From NCBI GenBank assembly GCA_963627355.1, contig CAVGBY010000001.1, positions 16,469-68,062 of the forward strand: a DNA stretch of 51,594 nt, written 5' to 3'. The notes beneath the pieces are model-generated. The model ran no database searches, was not told where the DNA came from, and saw only the letters and a list, made by a program, of their open reading frames with translations. The stretch comes from an uncultured Prevotella sp. Lineage in GTDB: Bacteria; Spirochaetota; Spirochaetia; Treponematales; Treponemataceae. Positions 38,201-47,810 of the stretch are shown here, one piece after another. The position numbers and the translations under genes were made by a program. Numbering within the stretch: the first letter of the stretch is position 1; each line of letters begins with the position of its first letter.

Positions 38201-39589
38201 CTAACGCTCTACTATTTCTCCCTTAAACGTGTGGCCATTTAACGCTAGTATTTTAACATAGATAAACGTTCCTATCAAAGATTTGTCTGCGGCAAAGCTT
38301 ACTTTTTCGTCCTGGGCGGTTTTTCCTAGGAGTTCATTTTTGTTGTCGCGGGTTACTCCTTCAACAAGGACTTTTGCGGTCTGGCCTACGCGTTTTTTCA
38401 TCTGCTCGTCTGTGTGAATCATCTGAAGGTCAATCACGCGCTGGAGCCGTTCCTTTCTGATGTTTTCCGGAATCTGTTCCCATTTTGCGGCCGGCGTTCC
38501 TTCCCTTGGATTGTAGTAATACATACAGGCTGATTCAAAACGCACTTGATTCATAAGGTCAAGAGTCAGCTCAACGTCTTCTTCCGTTTCTGTCGGGAAT
38601 CCCATCATAATATCGGTTGTAAGCGAAACATCCGGGATTTTTGACTTTATTCTTTTTACAAGGTCAAGGTATTGCTCGCGTGTGTACTGCCGGTTCATCT
38701 TTTTTAGGACTGCGGAAGAGCCGTGCTGAACCGGAAGCGCGATGTGATGGCAGATAAGTTCATTTTTTGCGATTACGTCAATCAGCTCATCTGAAAAATC
38801 TTTTGGATTGCTAGAAAGAAAACGGACCCAGCCGATTGTTGAATTTATTTCTTTTAGATGGTCAGCAATAAGCTGAAGCAAGGCTGAAAAATTAATCTCT
38901 TTTCCCTGATATGCTGATTTGTAGCTGTTTACATTCTGACCAAGAAGCGTAATGTCTAAAACTTTGTATTTTGTAAGAACATCAAGCTCGTGCAGGATTT
39001 CTTCAACCGGGCGGCTTATTTCCCGTCCGCGGACGTAAGGAACAATGCAGTATGTGCAGAAATTGTTGCAGCCGTGCATAATCGGAACGAAAGTTGATTT
39101 TGAACCCTGCTCGTAAGAGACAGAGGCAAATTTGTATTTTTCTGTATCATCAATCTGAATGTGCTCTTTTTTTTCTTCAACAGCGGTTATTATGTCGCCA
39201 AAGTGATGCTTTGCGTAAGTTCCGACAACGTAATCAATTACCGGCCATTCTTTCTGAAGTGAACCTAAAAGCCGTTCTGCCATGCATCCCATTACAACAA
39301 CAGTGATTGGAACAGGATGTTCCTGCACAAGATTTGCCGCTTTTTCAAAAGACTTGTACTTTGCGAATTCGTTTTTGTCGCGTACGGCTTTTAATCCTGT
39401 GAAATATCCCAGCCGCCCGAAAATTCTGTTTTCGGCGCTCGCACGTACTGAGCAGGTATTGATTATAGCCATATCCGCAGTTTCGGCATCCTCTGATTTT
39501 TCCCATCCGCGGGCAATAAGAAGCTGCTCGACCGCCGCAGATTCGGCAAGATTCATCTGGCATCCATAAGTTTCAAAATAATACTTCAT
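38201..39589 (-). CDS. miaB: tRNA-i6A37 methylthiotransferase
   Basis: TYGCQMN, NTCSVR, MGCMAE, GCNNFCTYCIVP, LGQNVN, C-terminal TRAM. Confidence 0.95.
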   Translation of the reverse strand: MKYYFETYGCQMNLAESAAVEQLLIARGWEKSEDAETADMAIINTCSVRASAENRIFGRLGYFTGLKAVRDKNEFAKYKSFEKAANLVQEHPVPITVVVMGCMAERLLGSLQKEWPVIDYVVGTYAKHHFGDIITAVEEKKEHIQIDDTEKYKFASVSYEQGSKSTFVPIMHGCNNFCTYCIVPYVRGREISRPVEEILHELDVLTKYKVLDITLLGQNVNSYKSAYQGKEINFSALLQLIADHLKEINSTIGWVRFLSSNPKDFSDELIDVIAKNELICHHIALPVQHGSSAVLKKMNRQYTREQYLDLVKRIKSKIPDVSLTTDIMMGFPTETEEDVELTLDLMNQVRFESACMYYYNPREGTPAAKWEQIPENIRKERLQRVIDLQMIHTDEQMKKRVGQTAKVLVEGVTRDNKNELLGKTAQDEKVSFAADKSLIGTFIYVKILALNGHTFKGEIVER

Positions 39590-39658
39590 AAGACATAGAA
39601 TTATATAGAAAAAACATGAATTCGCCTATGCTTTTGCAATTATAACTCCAAGCGGGAT

Positions 39659-40660
39659 TTACATCTTCACTTCGTTTTCGAGCTCTGCGCCTTCCATAAA
39701 TGCCTTTACGTTTCCTAGGGTTACGTCGGCGATGTTTGAAAGCGCTGTTGTTGTAAGGAATGCCTGGTGGCCGGTTATGATTACATTCGGGAATGTCAGA
39801 AGCCTTGCAAGGACATCATCGGTTATTACTTCGCCTGAACAATCCTTGAAGAAGAACGCGCTTTCCTCTTCGTAAACGTCAAGGGCCGCTCCGCCGATAT
39901 ACTTATGCTTTAGGGAATGAACCAGCGCTTTTGTGTCAATCAACGCTCCTCGTCCCGTGTTGATAATAACCGCATCGTTTTTCATTGACTTTAAGTTATC
40001 GTGGTTTACAAGGTGGTAAGTTTCGTCTGTAAGCGGACAGTGAAGGCTAAGAACATCGCTTTCCTTGAATATTGTCGGTGTGTCAACATATTTAAATCCT
40101 TTTTCATCTGCCCACTGGGTGTTTGGATACGGGTCAAAAAGAATCACTTTCATTCCAAGACCGCAAAGAAGTTCCGCCATAATCCGCCCGATTTTTCCGG
40201 TTCCGTAAATTCCTGCTGTAAGACCGTAAAGGTCACGGCCGGTCAGTCCCTCAAGGTTGAAATTTGCGGTTTTTGTACGCACATAAGCCTGTGGAATGTG
40301 CCGTGTGAGCGAAAGAAGAAGCGAAAGCGCGTGCTCGGCAACTGCGTGCGGTGAGTAGGCCGGGACGCGGAGGACTTTTACCCCGTAATTTGCCGCGGCT
40401 TTTAAATCAACATTGTTAAAACCTGCGCATCTTAGGACAATCAGTTTTACATTTTCTTCTGCCAAAGCCTTGATAACAGCCTCATTTGCGACATCATTTA
40501 CAAATATGCAGACAGCGTCAAAACCTTTTGCCGAAAAAACAGTTTTTTCCGTCAGCTTAAAGTCAAAAAAGTCAAATTCAAAGCCAAAATTTTCATTAGA
40601 TTTTAAAAGCGCGCTTTTATCATAAGAGCGTGTATCGTAGACAGCAATTTTTGCATTCAT
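39659..40660 (-). CDS. ldhA: D-lactate dehydrogenase / 2-hydroxyacid dehydrogenase
   Basis: RCAGFNNVD, RVPAYSP.AVAEH, GTGKIG, LHCPL, INTGRG, LDVYEEE, TGHQAF; GGAGG before ATG 40660. Confidence 0.92.
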   Translation of the reverse strand: MNAKIAVYDTRSYDKSALLKSNENFGFEFDFFDFKLTEKTVFSAKGFDAVCIFVNDVANEAVIKALAEENVKLIVLRCAGFNNVDLKAAANYGVKVLRVPAYSPHAVAEHALSLLLSLTRHIPQAYVRTKTANFNLEGLTGRDLYGLTAGIYGTGKIGRIMAELLCGLGMKVILFDPYPNTQWADEKGFKYVDTPTIFKESDVLSLHCPLTDETYHLVNHDNLKSMKNDAVIINTGRGALIDTKALVHSLKHKYIGGAALDVYEEESAFFFKDCSGEVITDDVLARLLTFPNVIITGHQAFLTTTALSNIADVTLGNVKAFMEGAELENEVKM

Positions 40661-40732
40661 AAAAAAGTTCCTCCGCTGAACAAAATCTATATAAAGGATA
40701 ATATCAAAACCTCTTAAACGCAAATTTATTAA

Positions 40733-40841
40733 GGCGAATGTCGAGTTTTATTGGTTTAGCAAAGAAATTGAATGTACTCCCAGTCAATTTCTTCGCGTAC
40801 ACTCAATTTATTCCTTCCGAAGAAAAACCCGACATTCGCCC
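40733..40841. repeat. MITE-like element with terminal inverted repeats
   Basis: GGCGAATGTCG (40733-43)/CGACATTCGCC (40830-40), internal stem AAGAAATTGA/TCAATTTCTT. Confidence 0.55.
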
Positions 40842-40904
40842 TATTGATTTTCATTCTTCACCGCACGAATTCCTTTTTTTCCGCATATTTGCTACTATAC
40901 AGTT

Positions 40905-41684
40905 ATGATTGACGTACAGAATGAAGAGGACACGCGCGAGGTGCCTTTGCAGAAAGTCGGGGTTAAGGGCGTAAAGTATCCGGTTACGGTTTTGGATAAA
41001 AATAACAGGACGCAGAGTACCACGGCCGTTGTTGATTTGTTTGTGAATCTTCCGCATCATTTTAAGGGAACGCACATGAGCCGCTTTATCGAGATTTTTC
41101 ACAAGCACCACGAAAATCTTACAATGAAACATTTTCTTGAGATGCTCGAGGAAATCCGCACCCATCTGAACGCTCAAAAATCCTATGGCGAAATGACATT
41201 CCCGTTTTTTATGGAAAAAAAAGCGCCGGTCAGCGGTCAGGCGGCAATCATGAGCTACACCTGCAAATACGAGGGAGCTGTTTCAGAAAATGAACGTCAG
41301 TTTTTTGTCTCAATCCAAGTTCCTGTAACAACCGTTTGTCCATGCTCAAAGGCAATCAGCGAATACGGCGCGCACAACCAGCGTGGACTAGTTGTTGTAA
41401 AACTGCTTTATTCAGACTTTTTCTGGATTGAAGACATTATCCAGATGGTGGAAAATTGCGCCTCAAACGGATTGTATTCACTTTTAAAGCGCAAGGACGA
41501 AAAATACGTTACCGAGCACGCCTACGAAAATCCGCGGTTTGTGGAGGATGTGGTGCGCGAAGTTTATCTTGGCCTGCGGAATTTTAATATTGAAAAGCCG
41601 TTCAGATGGTTCAGCGTGGAATGTACCAACGCCGAAAGCATCCACAACCACGACGCATACGCCTACACAGAATATCAGGAGTAG
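40905..41684 (+). CDS. folE2: GTP cyclohydrolase I type 2 (FolE2)
   Basis: DVQ...QKVGV, KGTHMSRF, TTVCPCSK, GAHNQR, LKRKDEKYVTE.AYENPRFVED, ESIHNHDA. Confidence 0.95.
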   Translation: MIDVQNEEDTREVPLQKVGVKGVKYPVTVLDKNNRTQSTTAVVDLFVNLPHHFKGTHMSRFIEIFHKHHENLTMKHFLEMLEEIRTHLNAQKSYGEMTFPFFMEKKAPVSGQAAIMSYTCKYEGAVSENERQFFVSIQVPVTTVCPCSKAISEYGAHNQRGLVVVKLLYSDFFWIEDIIQMVENCASNGLYSLLKRKDEKYVTEHAYENPRFVEDVVREVYLGLRNFNIEKPFRWFSVECTNAESIHNHDAYAYTEYQE

Positions 41685-41702
41685 ATTAATTTTTCTTTTG
41701 TC

Positions 41703-41783
41703 GGGGAAAGTCTTCCCCTCGGCACAAACCTGCGGTTTTCGCCTACCCCTTCTAACGGGCTCAAACGCCGCCCGTAACGCCCG
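41703..41783. repeat. Palindromic interspersed element, intergenic copy (homologue of the polA insert)
   Basis: Reverse complement GGGCGTTACGGG..CCCGTTAGAAGGGGTAGGCGAAAA..TTGTGCCGAGGGGAAGACTTTCCCC aligns with 49703-49807. Confidence 0.8.
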
Positions 41784-42650
41784 CTATTTTTCGGCCGCTT
41801 CCAGAGTGTTCTGCATAAGCATTGCTATTGTCATTGGACCGACTCCGCCTGGAACTGGAGTTATGTAACCTGCGGTTTCCTTTAAATCTTCAAAATCGCA
41901 GTCGCCAATTAGCCTGAAACCGGATTTTTTTGTTGCGTCAGGAATTCTGTTTACACCTACATCAATAACGACCGCGCCCGGTTTTATCATATCTTTTGTT
42001 AAGGTGTGCGGTTTTCCGGCGGCGGCAATAATAATGTCAGCCTGCCTTGTTATTTCCGCCATATTTTTTGTTCCTGTGTGGCAGATTGTCACAGTGCAGT
42101 TCGTTTCTTTTCTTGCAAGAAGAAGGGCAACCGGTTTTCCTACAATATTTGAACGCCCGATTACAACGGCGCGCTTTCCGCTTGTTTCTATATTCATTTT
42201 TTGCAGTAAGACAAGGATTCCATGCGGAGTGCATGGCAAGAAACTTTTTTTTCCAATCACAAGGTTTCCAACGTTCACCGGATGGAAGCCATCGACATCT
42301 TTTTCCGGACTGATAGCAAGAATTACTTTTTCTTCATTAATATGTTTTGGAAGCGGCAGCTGGACCAGAATTCCGTGTACAGATTTGTCGTTGTTCAATT
42401 CGCTGATTATTTTTAGAAGCTCTTCTTCCGTTGTTGATTCAGGAAGGTGCAGGCTTCTGTCAGACATTCCGACTTCTGCAAGTGCCTTTTGTTTTCCTGT
42501 CACGTAAGAAACGCTGGCCGGATTTTCGCCTACAAGAATTACAGCAAGGCATGGAGTTATTCCATTTTTTTTCAGTTCCGCAACTTTTTCTGCAACTTCT
42601 TTTCGTACCTGCGCGGCAATTTCTTTTCCGTCAATAATTTTTGCGCTCAT
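41784..42650 (-). CDS. folD: Methylenetetrahydrofolate dehydrogenase/cyclohydrolase
   Basis: [45 protein letters not shown]. Confidence 0.97.
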   Translation of the reverse strand: MSAKIIDGKEIAAQVRKEVAEKVAELKKNGITPCLAVILVGENPASVSYVTGKQKALAEVGMSDRSLHLPESTTEEELLKIISELNNDKSVHGILVQLPLPKHINEEKVILAISPEKDVDGFHPVNVGNLVIGKKSFLPCTPHGILVLLQKMNIETSGKRAVVIGRSNIVGKPVALLLARKETNCTVTICHTGTKNMAEITRQADIIIAAAGKPHTLTKDMIKPGAVVIDVGVNRIPDATKKSGFRLIGDCDFEDLKETAGYITPVPGGVGPMTIAMLMQNTLEAAEK

Positions 42651-42680
42651 TTGTTACCTTCCGTGTTTTTTTGTGTTTTA

Positions 42681-42709
42681 TTGTAAAAAGTCTATAAAAA
42701 TTGTATACT
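42681..42709 (+). promoter_or_regulatory. Sigma70 promoter of the OMP-lipoprotein pair
   Basis: TTGTAA-17-TATACT. Confidence 0.55.
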
Positions 42710-42743
42710 TTTTGCCTATATTTGTATAGAAATGCGAGGAAAA

Positions 42744-43406
42744 ATGAAACGTATTCTTTCCCTTTTTGGCATATTGCTGTTGTTTTCTGTGCCGATTTTT
42801 GCCCAGGCGGATGCCGGTGATTCAGATTCCGGGCAGACAGACCAAATCCAGAATGAACAGCCCGAAGAAAATGCCACTGATGAAAATCAAGATGAAGAAG
42901 ATATGGTCCGCTTTGAACGTTACGCAAGAAATGGACGCGGAGACCAGTTCCTTAAAATTGGTGTTATGGGGAATTTTCCGCTGAACTTTGGCGACCAGCT
43001 TACAATTGGCGGTTCAGCGCAGCTTGGTTACTACCGCTTTTTGAACGGATGGCTTGCGCTTGGCGGCGAGCTTATGGCCGGCTACAATCCTACAATCGGG
43101 AGCAACGTCTTTACATTTGTGCCGATTACCTTTGGGGCTATGTTCCAGCCTTGCGCGGGGCGTTTTGAATTTCCTGTTACTCTTTCTGTTGGCGCGGCGT
43201 TTGAAACTTGCGCGAACAAAAAATATTTCCCGGGTTTTTCGGCAAAGGCGGAAACAGGGGCGTTTTTTAGAATTACAGATGGATGGTCTGTCGGCTTGAA
43301 TGCCGAATTCCTTTATTTGCCGGAATGGTATACTTCAACAAAAGATGCGGATTCAGATTATGGAATTTTTATGGAAGCTGGTGTTTCTGCCCGCTATCAC
43401 TTTTAG
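42744..43406 (+). CDS. Small outer-membrane beta-barrel (TP0733/OmpW-like)
   Basis: Signal peptide, acidic linker, amphipathic strands, C-terminal AGVSARYHF. Confidence 0.75.
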   Translation: MKRILSLFGILLLFSVPIFAQADAGDSDSGQTDQIQNEQPEENATDENQDEEDMVRFERYARNGRGDQFLKIGVMGNFPLNFGDQLTIGGSAQLGYYRFLNGWLALGGELMAGYNPTIGSNVFTFVPITFGAMFQPCAGRFEFPVTLSVGAAFETCANKKYFPGFSAKAETGAFFRITDGWSVGLNAEFLYLPEWYTSTKDADSDYGIFMEAGVSARYHF

Positions 43407-43410
43407 AGTC

Positions 43411-43419
43411 GGGGGGGGG
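43411..43419 (+). repeat. Poly-G (G9) homopolymer
   Basis: GTC-GGGGGGGGG-CGGAAG-ATG; longest G run I noticed in the window. Confidence 0.9.
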
Positions 43420-43425
43420 CGGAAG

Positions 43426-44874
43426 ATGAAGAAGATTATTCTTGTTGCTGTTACTTTTGCTGTTTCTCTTTTTGGTTTTACCGGCTGCTACGATGCGATT
43501 TATCAGAGCATCCGGAATGAGATAGAGCTTACAACCCAGAAAATGCCTGGTTTTATAAACAATATTGCTCGGTTCAATGCCGGTGAAGACGCTGGGGAGC
43601 AGCAGTTTCTTTTTTTGACGAACGGGGTTATTCAATATAAAAATGCAAAAGATGAAGAGCATGGAAAGTGGACTGCACTTTCTGGAAACGGATTGCCGGA
43701 TTCTGTTCATTATGTTTTTGAAAAAACTGAGTTTGAAGGCGTTTATTTTTCAAAGATAATTGCCGACAAGGACTATGTTTATGCATTGGGTTTTGAGCCG
43801 GACTACGATACCGACAATAGCCGGAACGTTCCTGTAAATTTAAAAGTCTATTACACAAAGCCGACGCTTGCGGATGGAAAGTTGGAGATGACTTGGAAAG
43901 AGATAACAGAGCTTTCTAAGAAAATGAATGAATACCAGAAGGAAATTGACAAAACAGACGATGACAACTACGGAATGGCAATCAGCTGCCATCTTTTTGG
44001 AACAAATTCTGTAAACCCTGAACACCGCGTTGCGTTCCTGCGTGTTGGCGGCGGAAGCCCATATATTGGAAATACTAGAAATGAAACTTCTTCGCTTTAT
44101 AAATTGTCTGGAGAAACAGCTGAAGAGGTTGCGTCAATAACGTCTGGAGAAGGTAGTAATGCCGATTTGGGCGACTTTATTTATTCAGAATTTGATCTGG
44201 ATACGCTTTCTGTGGTTTATTTTGGCGGAAAGTACCATTTTATGAATTATCTGAACTCTGAGACAAATGAAGGAACAACAGGTTCTGATGGAATTGTCCG
44301 CACTGAACCAACTTACGTTTACTTTGGAGATTACGGAGGTAATCTGTATTATTTTTCAGTTGATTCTTATAATGCGGCAACTGATGAATACAAAAAAATG
44401 TTCAAATATCCAAGGGCAGATTACCGTCTGACAGATGAAAAAAAGAAAACTGTGACCGAGCCAACTGCGTTGTTGTCAGAAAAAGGAGAAAATGCCGGAT
44501 ATTTAAAAGTTGTTTCTGACAAAAATGTAATCTGCATTGCCGTTACTTCTGACAGCCTGATTCTTGGAACTGGCTCAAACCGTTCTTATAATACAAGCGC
44601 TTCGCGCGGAAGCGGTGCTGTACAGATAAAAATAGATTCTGAGGCAGGTAAACCGACAGGAACTGGTTCGTTCTCCACAAATGCAGATAAAGTAATGTAT
44701 TCACCATATACAGTAAGGGCATTGCTTGCGGTAGATCCTTCAAAAAAGGAAACAGAAACAAGCATCTACAGCACGATGGATTACATATACACTGCCACAT
44801 CCGCTGGAACAAATTCCACAAACCGCGGCTTGTGGGCGTATTATCCTGCAAAAGGCGAATGGAACCGCGAATAG
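43426..44874 (+). CDS. Lipoprotein, unknown function
   Basis: MKKIILVAVTFAVSLFGFTGC lipoprotein signal; beta-rich body. Confidence 0.8.
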   Translation: MKKIILVAVTFAVSLFGFTGCYDAIYQSIRNEIELTTQKMPGFINNIARFNAGEDAGEQQFLFLTNGVIQYKNAKDEEHGKWTALSGNGLPDSVHYVFEKTEFEGVYFSKIIADKDYVYALGFEPDYDTDNSRNVPVNLKVYYTKPTLADGKLEMTWKEITELSKKMNEYQKEIDKTDDDNYGMAISCHLFGTNSVNPEHRVAFLRVGGGSPYIGNTRNETSSLYKLSGETAEEVASITSGEGSNADLGDFIYSEFDLDTLSVVYFGGKYHFMNYLNSETNEGTTGSDGIVRTEPTYVYFGDYGGNLYYFSVDSYNAATDEYKKMFKYPRADYRLTDEKKKTVTEPTALLSEKGENAGYLKVVSDKNVICIAVTSDSLILGTGSNRSYNTSASRGSGAVQIKIDSEAGKPTGTGSFSTNADKVMYSPYTVRALLAVDPSKKETETSIYSTMDYIYTATSAGTNSTNRGLWAYYPAKGEWNRE

Positions 44875-44883
44875 TTCTGAGCC

Positions 44884-46219
44884 TTAAAAGATATTGAACA
44901 AAAGTCCTGCGTTTGCAGAAACAGAAATATTTTTTGTTTTTGCCTGGCAGGACATTTTTATTTCTGCGGAAAGTTTTTCAAATTCGCTGTTCAGAATGTA
45001 GGAAGTTGCGCCTGCGGAAATGCTCCCTGAATATTTTTTTGCCCTGAAAGAAATTTTTTGTGTGTACCGCAGTTTTAGTTTTTGGTTTTCCGGAGTTACC
45101 GCAAAAGAAAATGTTTCTGAAGGTGTAAGAAAACCGTAATAATAATGGCAGAAACTTCCTGAAATTTTTTCCGCGCGGTCAGTTCCTTGCGCCGAAACGT
45201 TAAGTTTTGCAAAACTCTTTTTTGTGTAAAAATTTATTTGCGCGGCAAGTTTTTTTTCTATTTTTACTGTTTCATCGCTCTGGATTTTTTGCTGCAGAAT
45301 GTACATTGTTCCAAATTGGGTTTTTAATTTGTTCGGAAGTGGAAAAAACGTTACCGTTGGATTTATTTTTATCTGGCATAAAGTCTTTTGCCGTGCCGAT
45401 GCTGCCGTAAAAAGTTCTTTTTCGGAAACGCAGAAAAATGCAAAATTCAGCATAAAATCTTTTAACTTCAGCTGGTTTTCTGTTGAAAAAGTTGCCTGCG
45501 GAAAATCAAAAACTGTTTTGCGGTAAAAAAGATTTGCGCTTTCCTTTGTCTTAAAGTATGGACTTATAAACCAGGCCTTAAAATTCGTCGCAAACAATTC
45601 TCTTTCGGGAAAAAGTTTTGTCGTGCTGAACCATTTTGTAGTTGTGTTTGATTTTATAAATTGACCGGAAGTGGATGAAAATGAAAAATGGGATTTCTTT
45701 CCTGCTCTAAACTGGATGAGCGCGGATTCAAGAAAATCATTTTTTTCATTTGAGTATAAAGTTATGTTTAGTTTTTTAAGGATTGAATTTGACTCAAATT
45801 TTACGGAAGTTCCAAGTCCTATCGGCTTTTCGCAGTTTGAGGCGGCTGGAAGCGGAACGTATAGGGCGGTTGTGTCTAAAAAACTGTTCTGAACCGCATT
45901 TGTTAAGGCTGAAAGCGCAGGATTTTTTAGTTTGGAAATTGCTCCGGATGGCGTAACAGTTCCAAAAACCGCTGAAAAAGGAATCCCGCTGCGTTCAGTT
46001 TTATAAAAATCTGAAAAATCAGCCTTTAGCGCCCATGCAGGCGAATAAAAATCTGGAGTTTCTGAAAATTCAGTTCGAGGAATTTTCCATGCGGTCTTAA
46101 ATTTCAGCGCGGAAAGTGAATATTTTGCGGCAACAGAAGAAACGGAATATTTTCTCGGCAGAAATTCCGTGCGCAAAAACCGATAAAATAAAGGTTAAAA
46201 ACAAAGTGCATTTTTTCAT
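44884..46219 (-). pseudogene. Putative outer-membrane protein gene with a frameshift after the signal peptide
   Basis: ATG 46219 encodes MKKCTLFLTFILSVFAHGISA-EK, then stops out of frame; deleting one A of the run at 46153-46150 joins it to the 430-aa ORF ending in Phe. Confidence 0.55.
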
Positions 46220-46248
46220 ACATAGTTAACGCAGAAAAAATGCACTTT
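46203..46248 (-). terminator. Perfect 15-bp inverted repeat downstream of the SPOR gene
   Basis: AAAGTGCATTTTTTC-16 nt-GAAAAAATGCACTTT, followed by GTTTTT on the minus strand. Confidence 0.6.
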
Positions 46249-46280
46249 CTGAAGTAAATCACAATTTTTTTTGCAAAAAA

Positions 46281-47162
46281 TTATTTTGCAACCGTTGTGC
46301 TTGTTATGTAGCTTGAAGTGTTCTGGAACGAATCAATTTTTGAAATCTTTGTCCGCCAGTATTCCGCCTCGCTTTTTGTTGTATAGGGACCGACACGGAC
46401 GCGGTAAAAAAGCTGCTTTTTATTGTCTGTGTAGGTAAAAACATCAGCAGAAATCTGGTTTTCATCAAGTCTGCTGCGCGCCTCATCCGCGGATTTGCGG
46501 CTTGTCAACGCTGTAACTTGAATCCAATACTGGACAATTTCCGGTTCTTTTGGGGCTGGCTTTGCAGTTGCAGCCATTTTTTGTTCAGTTTTTACAGCCT
46601 TTACTGTGTTTTTTTGCTCAACTTTTGCAGTTATTTTTGGCTTTACAGATTTTTCAGGCGCTGGTGTTTTTTCGGCAATCTTTGACACCGCAGGTTTTGC
46701 GCTTTCTGCGGTCTTCGGAACTGAAGATTCTGTAAGGTCGATTGTTGTTGATGAATCTTTTGCCGCCTTTTCCGGCAAGGTTTCTGAAGTTTTTGTTGAA
46801 ACAACCGCGTTTTCACCTAGCTTATTAAGTTCAGTGTTTTCTGAGTAGACATTTGCTTTTTCTGTATAAATATTCACTTCGTCAGCGCGGAATTCTGTTT
46901 TTGGGGAATTCTGGTTTTCATCCTGAATAAAGTCTGGGGTTTCTTTTTCAGTCTGTTCGATTGGATTTGAATTTTGAGCCGGTGCTGAAGGCGCTAGCGA
47001 AATCCATCCGTTGGATGCTGTGCCGTTATTTATTCTTCTTGAATTGGCGATTGTTGTTGCCGGTCTTGTCTGCGGTGTGTAAAGTATAAGCGCTGCCCCC
47101 AAGACAACAAGCAAAAATACACCGACAGCTGCAACAATCCATAATGTCCTTTTCTGTTCCAT
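46281..47162 (-). CDS. Membrane-anchored SPOR domain protein (FtsN/DedD-like)
   Basis: N-terminal TM, long P/T/E/K linker, YWIQVTAL...FYRVRVGPY..K.EA. Confidence 0.88.
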   Translation of the reverse strand: MEQKRTLWIVAAVGVFLLVVLGAALILYTPQTRPATTIANSRRINNGTASNGWISLAPSAPAQNSNPIEQTEKETPDFIQDENQNSPKTEFRADEVNIYTEKANVYSENTELNKLGENAVVSTKTSETLPEKAAKDSSTTIDLTESSVPKTAESAKPAVSKIAEKTPAPEKSVKPKITAKVEQKNTVKAVKTEQKMAATAKPAPKEPEIVQYWIQVTALTSRKSADEARSRLDENQISADVFTYTDNKKQLFYRVRVGPYTTKSEAEYWRTKISKIDSFQNTSSYITSTTVAK

Positions 47163-47199
47163 ATCGCATTCCTTTGCGGTCTGTCCCGCCCTTACTTTA

Positions 47200-47226
47200 C
47201 TATCGGAGAATGAAACAAAAACTTAA
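47200..47226 (-). promoter_or_regulatory. Sigma28-type promoter
   Basis: TTAA-N15-TCCGATAG. Confidence 0.55.
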
Positions 47227-47261
47227 TGAATTTTTTTCGTTTAATACAGAGTTTTGTGGTT

Positions 47262-47810
47262 TTAGTTGTTATCCACTATTTCAAGTGGGATACCGGTGTT
47301 TTTGTATTCTGAAAAAAGATTTTTTTGAGTCCAGAATCGGCTGAGGATTTGGCGGAGCGACATTCTGTCGCGTTTTATGGCCCGGCTTAGGCGTACAAAA
47401 AAGTTTGCCTTTACAAAGATGATTTTGTCGCACATTTTTAAAAGTTCAGGTGTCTTGTAAAGAACCGTAGCGTTAAGGACAATATTCCGGCCGCTGTTTT
47501 CTTTTATTATTTTTTTAGTTTCTTCTATTATGATAGGATAAACTATTGATTCCTGTTTTTTTAAAAGTTCAGGATGAGGAAAAATAAGTTTTCCCAGGTT
47601 GCGTCTGTTTAAAGTTCCGTCAGGGTTTTTAAGCGTAATGTTTTCTGTGGCGGCTTGTTTTTCAAACTCTTTTAGAATCTGCGGAGATGCCTTTTTTATT
47701 GCGCTGTGGACCTGCTTATCCGCGTCCAGACAGAGCCAGCCTTTTTTTTCATATTGAGAGGTGATGAAATTTTTTCCGGCGGCCATTTGCCCTGTTATGC
47801 AGATTATCAA
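47262..47810 (-). CDS. coaE: Dephospho-CoA kinase
   Basis: ITGQMAAGK, LDAD, LNRRNLGKLIF, IVYP; overlaps the polA stop. Confidence 0.9.
   Translation of the reverse strand: MIICITGQMAAGKNFITSQYEKKGWLCLDADKQVHSAIKKASPQILKEFEKQAATENITLKNPDGTLNRRNLGKLIFPHPELLKKQESIVYPIIIEETKKIIKENSGRNIVLNATVLYKTPELLKMCDKIIFVKANFFVRLSRAIKRDRMSLRQILSRFWTQKNLFSEYKNTGIPLEIVDNN

Noticed and set aside
40661..40723. Longer start for ldhA
   Set aside because: GGAGG RBS and family-like N-terminus support ATG 40660
40733..40904. THF/ZTP/preQ1 riboswitch upstream of folE2
   Set aside because: I could not match any consensus by eye, and folE2 appears leaderless; an Rfam scan would be decisive
43300..43425. Longer start for the lipoprotein ORF
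   Set aside because: Overlaps the upstream gene; the lipoprotein signal begins at ATG 43426
46226..46252. Possible sigma28 promoter TCAG-N15-TGCGTTAA before ATG 46219
   Set aside because: Too many mismatches to consensus, and it overlaps the inverted repeat
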